Of a stretch of 64,000 bases of DNA, positions 7,837 to 15,225 are shown piece after piece. The stretch is from Acidimicrobiales bacterium (GTDB lineage: Bacteria > Actinomycetota > Acidimicrobiia > Acidimicrobiales > Bog-793). The position numbers and the translations under genes are program-made. The notes below the pieces were generated by a model, which was not told the origin of the DNA, did not search any database, and saw only the letters and a list, made by a program, of their open reading frames with translations. Position 1 is the first letter of the stretch. Each line of letters begins with the position of its first letter. Location: assembly GCA_050744865.1 (NCBI GenBank), contig JBOGHW010000059.1:15895-79894 (forward strand). The letters are read 5' to 3'.

Positions 7837-8972
7837 CCTCGGGCGGACCGGAGGGCGAGAGCCGCACCACACATGGGCTGCAGTCGTCGACTCGCGACCC
7901 TGAGGAGCTGCGCCAGGCACTCGAGACATGGTTCCGCTCGGACGACCCGACCGCCCGCGTCACCTCGCTCGAAGTGCCCGAGCACACAGGGATGTCGAGC
8001 CTCTCGGTGATGCTCGACCTCGCCGGTGACTCCCTCCCCCGCCCGGAGCGGCTCGTAGCGCGCCTGGCGCCGGACACCGAGGCCGTGCCGGTGTTCCCTT
8101 CCTACGACCTCGAGGCGCAGTACCTCGTGCTCGAGCATCTCGGCCGCAGCTCGGCGGTGCCGGTGCCCCGCCTGCGCAAGCTGGAGCTGGACCCCAGGCA
8201 TGCCGGCGCGCCCTTCTTCGTCATGGACCGCGTCGAAGGGCTGATACCGCCCGACGTAATGCCATACGTGTTCGGCTCCTGGCTCAGCGAGGCGAGCCGC
8301 CCCGACCAGCGCCGCCTGCAGGACGGCGCCCTGCAAGCGCTGGCGGCAGTGCACTCGGTCCCTCTAACCGCTGGTTTGGCGTCTCGCCTTGCCTTCGAAC
8401 AGCCGGGGGCCACCGCCCTCCATCGGCACGTCGCCTCGCAGCGTGCCTACTACGAGTGGTGCGCCTCGGATGGGGTGAGGGCATCGGTGCTGGAGGATTG
8501 TTTCGGATGGTTGGAGGACAACTGGCCGGCGCCAGAAGCCGAGGCAACGCTCAGCTGGGGCGACGCCCGCATCGGCAACATGGTCTTTCGCGACTTCCAG
8601 CCGGTCGCCCTCCTCGACTGGGAGATGGCAGGCTTGGCTCCCCCGCAGGTGGACCTCGGCTGGATGGTCTACCTGCACCGCTGGTTCGATGACCTGGCCG
8701 TGACGTTCGGGATCGAGCCGATGAGCCACTTCATGCGCCTAGACGACGCCGTGGCCACCTATGAGGCAGCCAGCGGCGAGACGGTCGGCGACATGGTCTG
8801 GTACCTCTTCTACGCAGCGCTGCGGCAAGGCATCGTGATGTTCCGCATCGCCCGGCGCCCGATCGCCTTCGGCCAGGCCGCCATGCCCGACGATCCGAAC
8901 GACCTCGTCATGCACCGGGCGACGCTGGAGGCGATGCTAAGCGGGGAGTACTGGGCGAGCTTCGGGTTGTGA
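7833..8972 (+). CDS. phosphotransferase family protein (APH/choline-kinase-like fold)
   Basis: WGDARIGNMVF (catalytic loop D....N) and LLDWEMAG (metal-binding D) typical of APH-fold kinases; ATG 7833 coupled to upstream stop. Confidence 0.85.
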   Translation: MTSGGPEGESRTTHGLQSSTRDPEELRQALETWFRSDDPTARVTSLEVPEHTGMSSLSVMLDLAGDSLPRPERLVARLAPDTEAVPVFPSYDLEAQYLVLEHLGRSSAVPVPRLRKLELDPRHAGAPFFVMDRVEGLIPPDVMPYVFGSWLSEASRPDQRRLQDGALQALAAVHSVPLTAGLASRLAFEQPGATALHRHVASQRAYYEWCASDGVRASVLEDCFGWLEDNWPAPEAEATLSWGDARIGNMVFRDFQPVALLDWEMAGLAPPQVDLGWMVYLHRWFDDLAVTFGIEPMSHFMRLDDAVATYEAASGETVGDMVWYLFYAALRQGIVMFRIARRPIAFGQAAMPDDPNDLVMHRATLEAMLSGEYWASFGL

Positions 8973-9552
8973 CGGCGCCGCGCCGGAGGCGATCAGTCGC
9001 CAGGCCGGCGACGAAGGCCTCCTGTTCGCTCGTCTCGACTGCGTCGGTGCAGTAGTTGGCTCTGACCCAGGCCACCGCCTCGGCCGCGGGAAGCCCGCCG
9101 AGCACTGACAGGCACGCCAGCGCCGTCCCGGTTCGCCCGTGGCCGCCAAGGCATCCCAACTCGACTCGTTGCCCAGCTCGAGCCCGGCCGAGCGCGCCCG
9201 TCAGCCCCACGACGGTGCCGGTGACGTCGGCGGGGACGCCGAAGTCCGGCCAGTCGAGGTGCGCGTGTGCCCACGGCGGTTGCCACGCACGATCGAGGTA
9301 GAGCCCATAGTCGGGTGGGCGCTCACGCCTGTACGGGTCAGCATCGTCGAAGGAGGCAGCGTTGACTTCGGTCCCGTCGGGCAAGACCACGGTCGATAGA
9401 TGCCGATGCACTTCGAGCTCCTGGTGGCCGTGCGCGGGGTCAGCACACTTGGCCGGAACCGCGTTGCTGTACCAGTGCACCTGGCACTCGTTGCAGACCA
9501 CTACCAGGCGTGTCTCGGTGCTCACTTGCCCATCGCCCGGCACGGTCGGCAA
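8908..9552 (-). CDS. protein tyrosine/dual-specificity phosphatase with N-terminal Cys/His-rich segment
   Basis: 214 aa; WPD-loop-like LDWPDFGVP and P-loop CLGGHGRTG (C-x5-R-T); N-terminal CNECQ...CADPAHGH; 3' end overlaps convergent APH gene by 65 nt. Confidence 0.7.
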   Translation of the reverse strand: MPTVPGDGQVSTETRLVVVCNECQVHWYSNAVPAKCADPAHGHQELEVHRHLSTVVLPDGTEVNAASFDDADPYRRERPPDYGLYLDRAWQPPWAHAHLDWPDFGVPADVTGTVVGLTGALGRARAGQRVELGCLGGHGRTGTALACLSVLGGLPAAEAVAWVRANYCTDAVETSEQEAFVAGLATDRLRRGAVTTRSSPSTPRLASPPASPGA

Positions 9553-9738
9553 TCAGGATCGCGGTCGGTGACCAGCGTCAGCTGCCGATCGCGCGAGACA
9601 CCGGCACGGGTGCCACCCATAGCTGCACATCGTACGACCCGAACACTCCGGCTAGATGACGGGGGCGGTCTGGCTCGTGTTGCTTTGGTCGGCTTCGGTT
9701 TGGTCAGCACCAAGCTCCTCGGCACTAGGTTCGGCGAC

Positions 9739-10536
9739 ATGTGCGGGCGCTTCGTAGCGAGCAGGCCGGTGGAGGACGTCGCTTCGATCTTCGAGATCGA
9801 GGACATCGACGTGCCCGAGGAGCTTGCGCTGCCTCGCTGGAACATCGCCCCGCAGGCCGGCGTGCTCGCTGTGCGGACTCGGCTCTTGAGGCCAGACGGT
9901 TCCGATGACGGCGCTCCGCTAGAGCCTCGCCGCGGACTGACCGACTTCCGGTGGGGACTGGTGCCCTCCTGGGCCAAACAAGCCAGCGTGGGGACTCGGT
10001 CCATCAACGCCCGTGCCGAGACCGTGCTCGACAGGCCCGCCTTTCGCACAGCGTTGGCCAAGCGGCGCTGCATCATCCCGGCGGACGCCTTCTACGAGTG
10101 GAGGCGCAACGGTTCGCTCCGCGAGCCGTGGTGCTACACGATGTCGAGCGGCGAGATCCTCGCCTTCGCCGGCCTCTACGAGGTCTGGCGCCCGAAGGCC
10201 GCCGGCGGGCAGGACGGCGGTCCCGGTTGGCACGATGACTGGCTGCTCACCTGCACGATCATCACCACCGATGCCAACGGCGACGTGGCCCCTGTCCACG
10301 ACCGGATGCCGGTGTTCCTCGACAAGCTTGACTGGGCGGGATGGCTCGACCCGGCTCCGCTCGGATCGGACGACCTGGCTCACCTCCTGCGCCCCGCTCC
10401 GGACGGCGTCCTGCGGGCCTACCAGGTCTCGACGGCCGTCAACAGCGCCCGGCTCGATGGACCCGAGTTGGTGGAGCCGCTCGAGCCCGGTGGTGGTGTG
10501 GGCGGCGAGCAGGCCGCCCTGTTCCCCGCTGGATAG
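9739..10536 (+). CDS. SOS response-associated peptidase (SRAP/YedK, DUF159)
   Basis: ORF 9400..10536 trimmed to ATG 9739: MCGRF N-terminus (catalytic Cys2), WNIAPQ, FRWGLVPSWAK, INARAET, IIPADAFYEW. Confidence 0.9.
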   Translation: MCGRFVASRPVEDVASIFEIEDIDVPEELALPRWNIAPQAGVLAVRTRLLRPDGSDDGAPLEPRRGLTDFRWGLVPSWAKQASVGTRSINARAETVLDRPAFRTALAKRRCIIPADAFYEWRRNGSLREPWCYTMSSGEILAFAGLYEVWRPKAAGGQDGGPGWHDDWLLTCTIITTDANGDVAPVHDRMPVFLDKLDWAGWLDPAPLGSDDLAHLLRPAPDGVLRAYQVSTAVNSARLDGPELVEPLEPGGGVGGEQAALFPAG

Positions 10537-10574
10537 CCATAGCGGGTGGTCGGGGCGTCGGGGGGTGCCGTCCG

Positions 10575-10691
10575 GGCGTCGGGTATCCGGCCGGCGAGGC
10601 GTCGGGGTATCCGGCGGGCGAGGCGTCGGGGTATCCGGCCGGCGAGGCGTCGGGGTATCCGGCCGGGCGAGGCGTCGGGGTATCCGGCCGG
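10575..10691. repeat. 24-nt tandem repeat (minisatellite), 4 full + 1 partial copies
   Basis: Units GGCGTCGGGGTATCCGGCCGGCGA at 10575, 10598, 10622, 10646, 10671 (23-25 nt, 1-2 variants each); intergenic between SRAP stop and dxs stop. Confidence 0.85.
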
Positions 10692-10706
10692 AATCCGGGC
10701 ACCCGA

Positions 10707-10741
10707 GGACATTTTCGCCTCCTAGGCAGGTGAAAATGTCC
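10707..10741. terminator. AT-rich hairpin with perfect 10-bp stem (possible bidirectional terminator) between convergent genes
   Basis: GGACATTTTC (10707..10716) / GAAAATGTCC (10732..10741) are exact reverse complements; 15-nt loop containing CCTAGG; no U-tract. Confidence 0.35.
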
Positions 10742-10760
10742 CCGGGCTTCGAGCTTCCCA

Positions 10761-10893
10761 CCTCCTGCCAGCCCGACGTCCTCCCCACCGCACGTCCTGC
10801 CAGCCCGACATCCTCCCCAGCCCCAGGTTCTGCCAACCCACGTCCTGCCAGCTCCACGTCCTGCCAACCCGACGCCCTGCCAGGTATCCCGAC
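10761..10893. repeat. ~16-nt degenerate tandem repeat, about 8 units
   Basis: Units resembling GTCCTGCCAGCCCGAC starting near 10763, 10779, 10795, 10811, 10828, 10843, 10859, 10875 (spacing 15-17 nt). Confidence 0.6.
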
Positions 10894-10899
10894 CGCTGG

Positions 10900-12903
10900 T
10901 CAGCCACCCGATGAGGACAGCAGCCCCCGCCGCCGCGCCGCCGCCCTCACGGAGCCGGCGATGCCAGCCGCGTCAAGGCCGAGCCGGGTGAGGATCGCCT
11001 CCGGCTTGGCATGTTTCACGTAGGCAGTCGGCACACCGAGCACGGTGTATAACGGACCGGCGCCCGGCGTAGCACCCGAGGCTGCCACCAAGTCCGTCTG
11101 GGCACACAAGTACGAGCCCGCCCCTCCGTGAGCAAGGCCGTCCTCGGCCGTCACGACAAGGCTCGCAGCGGCCGTCAGATCCAGCAGTCCCGGGTCGGCC
11201 GGCCGGATCACGCGGGGATCGATCACGGTCACATCGAGACCATCGTCCTCGAGCATCGCGGCCGCCCCGAGGCACGCCCTGGCTAGCTTGCCGATGCCGA
11301 CGAGGACGATCGACGGATCTCCTTCTCGCAGGCAGCGATAGCCCATCCCGGTCCCAACCGGAGCCAGCGGGCCGGGCGAGGCCGTCTTGGGGTAACGCAC
11401 GAGCGCCGGCCCACCCCACTGCAGAGCCGAGTCCAGGGCGGGCCCGACCTCTGCCGGCTCCGACGGGGCGAACACGGCGACACCGGGGATCTGCAGCGCC
11501 TGCACCATGTCGTAGAGGCCGTGGTGGGACGGTCCGTCGTCACCGGTGATCCCGGCACGGTCGGCGGCCACCACGACGGGAAGCCTGTGCAAGCCGACGT
11601 CGAGGTTCCACTGGTCGAAAGCCCGTGACACGAACGTCGAGTAGATGGCTGCGACGGGGCGCAACCCTTGCATCGCCATTCCTGCCGCCGCCGTCAAAGC
11701 ATGCTGCTCGGCGATCCCGACATCAAAGAAGCGCTCTGGAAAGTGATCCTCGAACGACAACAACCCCAACGGCCCGGGCATGGCAGCGGTAATGGCGACG
11801 ATGCGCTCGTCGGCCTCCGCGGCCGCCAGCAACGACTTGGAGAAGGCATCGGTATAGCTGTCGCCAACGGGCGACGGCGGAGCCACTCCGCCGGCGTCGT
11901 CGGTCAGAGCCCCGACCCGCGGAAGAGAGACGGCCTGGTGCGTCTCGGACTCGTTCGGGGTGGGTGGCGTGACCTTGTAGTCGTGGAGCTTCTGGATCTC
12001 GTCCGCCTCGGCGGGTCCGTAGCCTTTGCCCTTCTTAGTCAGCACGTGCAACACGATGGGGCCGTGCCAGGCCGACGCCCGCCGCATCGCCTGCTCGAGC
12101 GCCCCGATGTCGTGGCCGTCGAGCGGGCCGGTGTAGCGCACCCCGAGCGACTCGAAGAACACGTGCGGCTCGACTACCTCACGCAGGGCCGAGGTGACAC
12201 CGTGGATCGATGCGTAGGCGACCGAGCTGACCGAGGCCGGCAGGTCCCGGAGAACGTGACGCAGCCGTTCGCGTACCTGCACGTACCGAGGGTCGAGACG
12301 AAGGTGAGTCAGGGAGTGCGACAGCCGCGAGATCGTTGGGGCGTAACTGCGACCGTTGTCGTTGAGGACGATAAGCACCCGCGAACCCGAGTGGCCGAGA
12401 TTGTTGAGAGCCTCGTAGGCCAAGCCACCGGTGAGTGCGCCGTCACCGACGACAGCCACGACCCGGCGATCGCCGGCCTCGGGGTGAGCGGCCGCCTCTA
12501 GGCGCATGGCGGAGGCAATGCCATGTGCGTACGACATGGCGGTCGAAGCATGCGAGTTCTCGATCACGTCGTGGCTCGACTCGGCACGGTTCGGGTAGCC
12601 GCTCAAGCCGCCTTCCCGCTTCAACTTCTGAAAGCCGCTCTGCCGTCCCGTCAGCAGTTTGTGCGTGTAGGCCTGGTGGCCTGTGTCGAACAGCAGGACG
12701 TCGCGAGGCGAATCGAAGACCCGGTGCAGGGCTATCGTCAGCTCGACGGCTCCGAGATTCGAACCAAGGTGGCCGCCGTTGCGAATGACGGCCTCGATGA
12801 GGAAGTCACGGACCTCGGCGGCCAGAACGTCGCACTCGGCCAGCGAGAGCGCCTTCACGTCGCCAGGGCTATGGATACGGTCGAGGATCATGGGGTCTTT
12901 CAC
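10900..12903 (-). CDS. dxs: 1-deoxy-D-xylulose-5-phosphate synthase
   Basis: 667 aa; GGHLGSNLGAVELTIALH, FDTGHQAYTHKLLTGR, VVGDGALTGGLAYEALNN (ThDP-binding). Confidence 0.95.
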   Translation of the reverse strand: MKDPMILDRIHSPGDVKALSLAECDVLAAEVRDFLIEAVIRNGGHLGSNLGAVELTIALHRVFDSPRDVLLFDTGHQAYTHKLLTGRQSGFQKLKREGGLSGYPNRAESSHDVIENSHASTAMSYAHGIASAMRLEAAAHPEAGDRRVVAVVGDGALTGGLAYEALNNLGHSGSRVLIVLNDNGRSYAPTISRLSHSLTHLRLDPRYVQVRERLRHVLRDLPASVSSVAYASIHGVTSALREVVEPHVFFESLGVRYTGPLDGHDIGALEQAMRRASAWHGPIVLHVLTKKGKGYGPAEADEIQKLHDYKVTPPTPNESETHQAVSLPRVGALTDDAGGVAPPSPVGDSYTDAFSKSLLAAAEADERIVAITAAMPGPLGLLSFEDHFPERFFDVGIAEQHALTAAAGMAMQGLRPVAAIYSTFVSRAFDQWNLDVGLHRLPVVVAADRAGITGDDGPSHHGLYDMVQALQIPGVAVFAPSEPAEVGPALDSALQWGGPALVRYPKTASPGPLAPVGTGMGYRCLREGDPSIVLVGIGKLARACLGAAAMLEDDGLDVTVIDPRVIRPADPGLLDLTAAASLVVTAEDGLAHGGAGSYLCAQTDLVAASGATPGAGPLYTVLGVPTAYVKHAKPEAILTRLGLDAAGIAGSVRAAARRRGLLSSSGG

Positions 12904-12986
12904 GGTCGCGTCACCAAGGGCCGGTGATGGCAGTCGGTGCAGCTGACGAGGTTACTCCGGCGGAGCCGCTGGCTCTGGGCAGCAGG

Positions 12987-13904
12987 TCAGCTCGGCCTCC
13001 GTCCCATCCTGCCTGCGAAGGCATCTCGGGTCCCTGCGAGGTATGCCCTTCCTGCACGGAGCGACCCGGACTTGAGCAACCGGCCGGCGTTGTAGGCGCC
13101 CCATATGCCGAGCACGCCAATCGCCCGAGTCGTGCGCAAGCGACGCTCTGCTGTCCCTAGCGCCCACCGCAGGGGGTTGCGGGCGAGGTAGTACGCCGAG
13201 GTCTCGGTGAGCCCTGTGCTGCCCCGTTTGCCGGCCGACACCGAGACGGCGTGATGGCACAAAACCTCTGCCAGGTACCAGCACTGCCAGCCTTTGGCCC
13301 TGGCTCTGAAGCACCAGTCGGCGTCCTCGTAGTAAAGGAAGAAGTCCGTCCGGTACTTGCCCACGTCCTGCCAGGCTCGTGCCGAGATCAGGGCGCAGCA
13401 CCCGGGGACGTATTGCGTGGGACCGGTCGGCGGCAGGTTTCCGGCGTTGTTGTGCAGGCCGGGATGGGTCGTGAAGGCGAAGTGCCTGCTCTGCTTGCCG
13501 CCGGCGTACCAGACCCGCCACGGCTTGTCGGCGAACACAACCGCCGGTCCGATCACGGCCGCGCGCTCGTGTCGGGAAGCCTCTAGAAGGCACCGCTCCA
13601 GGCAGTCTGGCGTAACTGTGGCGTCGTTGTTTACGAGCAGCACCCACTCGGCCCCGGCCGCCAGCGCCGCATCCACTCCTTGGTTCGCCGCCTCGGAAAA
13701 GCCGAGGTTGTCGTCTATCGCCAGCACCACTCCGCTCGGCCCGAGCTGGTCTGAGAGCCGGACGACGTCGTCTGCCCCCCACTCCTGCACCACGCAAACC
13801 AAGGTGTCGACCGCCGGCTGCATCGCTCCCAGGCTCGAGATCGCCTGCAAGGTGATCTCCGGCTCTCGCCACGCGACCACGACCGCGGCGGTTGCTGGGA
13901 GCAC
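12987..13904 (-). CDS. family 2 glycosyltransferase
   Basis: ORF 12987..14336 trimmed (upstream part overlaps ald); AIDDNLGFSEAAN, LLVNNDATV, YYEDADWCFRA; start GTG 13904 (alternative TTG 13940) uncertain. Confidence 0.8.
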   Translation of the reverse strand: MLPATAAVVVAWREPEITLQAISSLGAMQPAVDTLVCVVQEWGADDVVRLSDQLGPSGVVLAIDDNLGFSEAANQGVDAALAAGAEWVLLVNNDATVTPDCLERCLLEASRHERAAVIGPAVVFADKPWRVWYAGGKQSRHFAFTTHPGLHNNAGNLPPTGPTQYVPGCCALISARAWQDVGKYRTDFFLYYEDADWCFRARAKGWQCWYLAEVLCHHAVSVSAGKRGSTGLTETSAYYLARNPLRWALGTAERRLRTTRAIGVLGIWGAYNAGRLLKSGSLRAGRAYLAGTRDAFAGRMGRRPS

Positions 13905-14064
13905 CCGGCGGACCCTATATGTACGCCGACAGGTCGGCAAACACCCGGCTCGGCCGGCAACCAGGGCGGGCGCCCTGCTGCTCCGGCGGCTCGCATAGAG
14001 TGCGGTCCGAGGGCGTTGCAGTGCGCTGGCGCAACAGACCCGAGGCGACGAGGAGGACGTGAGG

Positions 14065-15174
14065 ATGATCATCGGAATTCCGACCGAGATAAAAAAGGAC
14101 GAGAACCGGGTCGCGATGACACCTGACGGCGTCCGCGGCCTCTCGTCGCTCGGCCACACGGTCCTGGTGCAGAGCGAAAGCGGTGTCGGCTCCGACTTCG
14201 CCGACGCTGACTTCGCGGCCGCTGGCGCCAAGATGGTCTCGGCCGAAGAGGCTTGGGAGGCAGAGCTCGTCTGCAAGGTCAAGGAGCCGCAAGAGTCGGA
14301 GTTCAAATACCTTCGCGAAGACCTCGTCCTGTTCACGTACCTGCACCTGGCCGCCTACCCGGGTGTCGCCAAGGCGCTCTTCGACTCCAAGACGACAGGG
14401 ATCGCCTACGAGACCGTGCAGACCCCGAACGGGGATCTGCCTTTGCTCGCCCCGATGAGCGAAGTTGCAGGCCGGATCGCCACTCAGGTCGGTGCCACCT
14501 TGCTGGAGCGACGCAACGGCGGCCGCGGCATCCTCCTCGGCGGCGTCCCCGGTGTGCGGGCGGCTCGGGTAGTCGTAATCGGCGCAGGCCACGTCGGCTG
14601 GAACTCGGCCTGGATCGCAGCCGGCATGGAGGCGGAGGTCCTGTTGCTGGACAAGAACATCGACCGCCTGCGGTGGGTGGACCAGATCCACAAGGGCAGG
14701 ATCATGACCCTGTCCTCCAACCGCGGTTCGATCGAGCGGGCGATACAGGAAGCCGACCTCCTCATCGGCGCCGTCCTCGTCGCCGGCGGCCGTGCACCCC
14801 TCGTGGTGAGCGACGACATGGTAGCCAACATGCGGCCAGGCGCCGTGATCGTCGACGTCGCCGTCGACCAGGGTGGCTGCATAGAGACAACCCACGAGAC
14901 CTCGCACACGGACCCCACCTACTTCGTCCACGGCGTCCTGCACTACGCCGTGGGCAACATGCCGGCCGCCGTGCCCCATACGTCGACCTACGCCCTCACG
15001 AACGCCACCTTCCCGTACGTGCTCGCACTGGCCGAGCAGGGCGTCGCAGGTGCAGTCGAGGCAGATGCCGTCTTCCGCGGAGGGGTCAACACCGTCAACG
15101 GCTCGTGCACCAACCAGGCTGTGGCCGACGCGCTCGGCATCGAGGCCGCCGACCCCCTCGGGCTGCTCGCCTGA
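14065..15174 (+). CDS. ald: alanine dehydrogenase
   Basis: MIIGIPTEIKKDENRVAMTP, VVVIGAGHVGWNSA NAD-binding loop; ATG 14065 (AGGAGG upstream) preferred over GTG 14059. Confidence 0.95.
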   Translation: MIIGIPTEIKKDENRVAMTPDGVRGLSSLGHTVLVQSESGVGSDFADADFAAAGAKMVSAEEAWEAELVCKVKEPQESEFKYLREDLVLFTYLHLAAYPGVAKALFDSKTTGIAYETVQTPNGDLPLLAPMSEVAGRIATQVGATLLERRNGGRGILLGGVPGVRAARVVVIGAGHVGWNSAWIAAGMEAEVLLLDKNIDRLRWVDQIHKGRIMTLSSNRGSIERAIQEADLLIGAVLVAGGRAPLVVSDDMVANMRPGAVIVDVAVDQGGCIETTHETSHTDPTYFVHGVLHYAVGNMPAAVPHTSTYALTNATFPYVLALAEQGVAGAVEADAVFRGGVNTVNGSCTNQAVADALGIEAADPLGLLA

Positions 15175-15225
15175 GCGCAGGGGTCCTGCACGGCCCGGCA
15201 CACCCCCGCAGCCAATCCAGCGGTC

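Noticed and set aside
9553-9738. LexA/SOS box upstream of the SRAP (SOS response-associated peptidase) gene
   Set aside because: I looked for the actinobacterial GAAC-N4-GTTC type palindrome. I found only TCGTACGACCCGAACA, which is not symmetric, and a weak TTGGT-N4-ACCAA. Neither is convincing.
10575-10893. Possible CRISPR array
   Set aside because: The repeats are directly abutting, with no unique spacers of CRISPR length between them. The units are short (16-25 nt), and no cas genes are nearby.
9919-11023. ORFs 9919..10857 (-), 10013..11023 (+), 10341..10733 (+) and 10439..10867 (-), which read through the intergenic repeats as PDTPTPRR, GVGVSGRR or ASGYPAGE peptide repeats
   Set aside because: The repeat units are 23-25 nt and 15-17 nt long, so no frame is maintained consistently. 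The ORFs also overlap SRAP and dxs out of frame. I treat them as translation artefacts of a non-coding minisatellite.
13905-14058. AldR-type operator upstream of ald
   Set aside because: Only a 5-bp inverted repeat (GTTGC-N11-GCAAC) was found, and I could not match the AldR site pattern with confidence.
12987-14336. Full 449-aa version of the glycosyltransferase ORF
   Set aside because: The N-terminal ~145 codons are Ser/Arg/Ala-rich and overlap the start of ald on the opposite strand. The GT2 homology begins near VLPATAAVVVAW, so I trimmed the ORF to GTG 13904.
13915-15201. 428-aa minus-strand ORF
   Set aside because: It is antisense to alanine dehydrogenase and has no motifs; it is a shadow ORF. 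The same reasoning applies to 14253..15260, 51906..53183 (antisense to ptrB), 55654..56808 (antisense to the secreted protein), 36431..37642 and 37266..38321 (recG region), 31276..32505 (alternative frame of the PheRS-like gene), 42421..43428 and 42501..43529 (pckG region), and 27118..28572, 27564..28604 and 25827..26960 (smc region).
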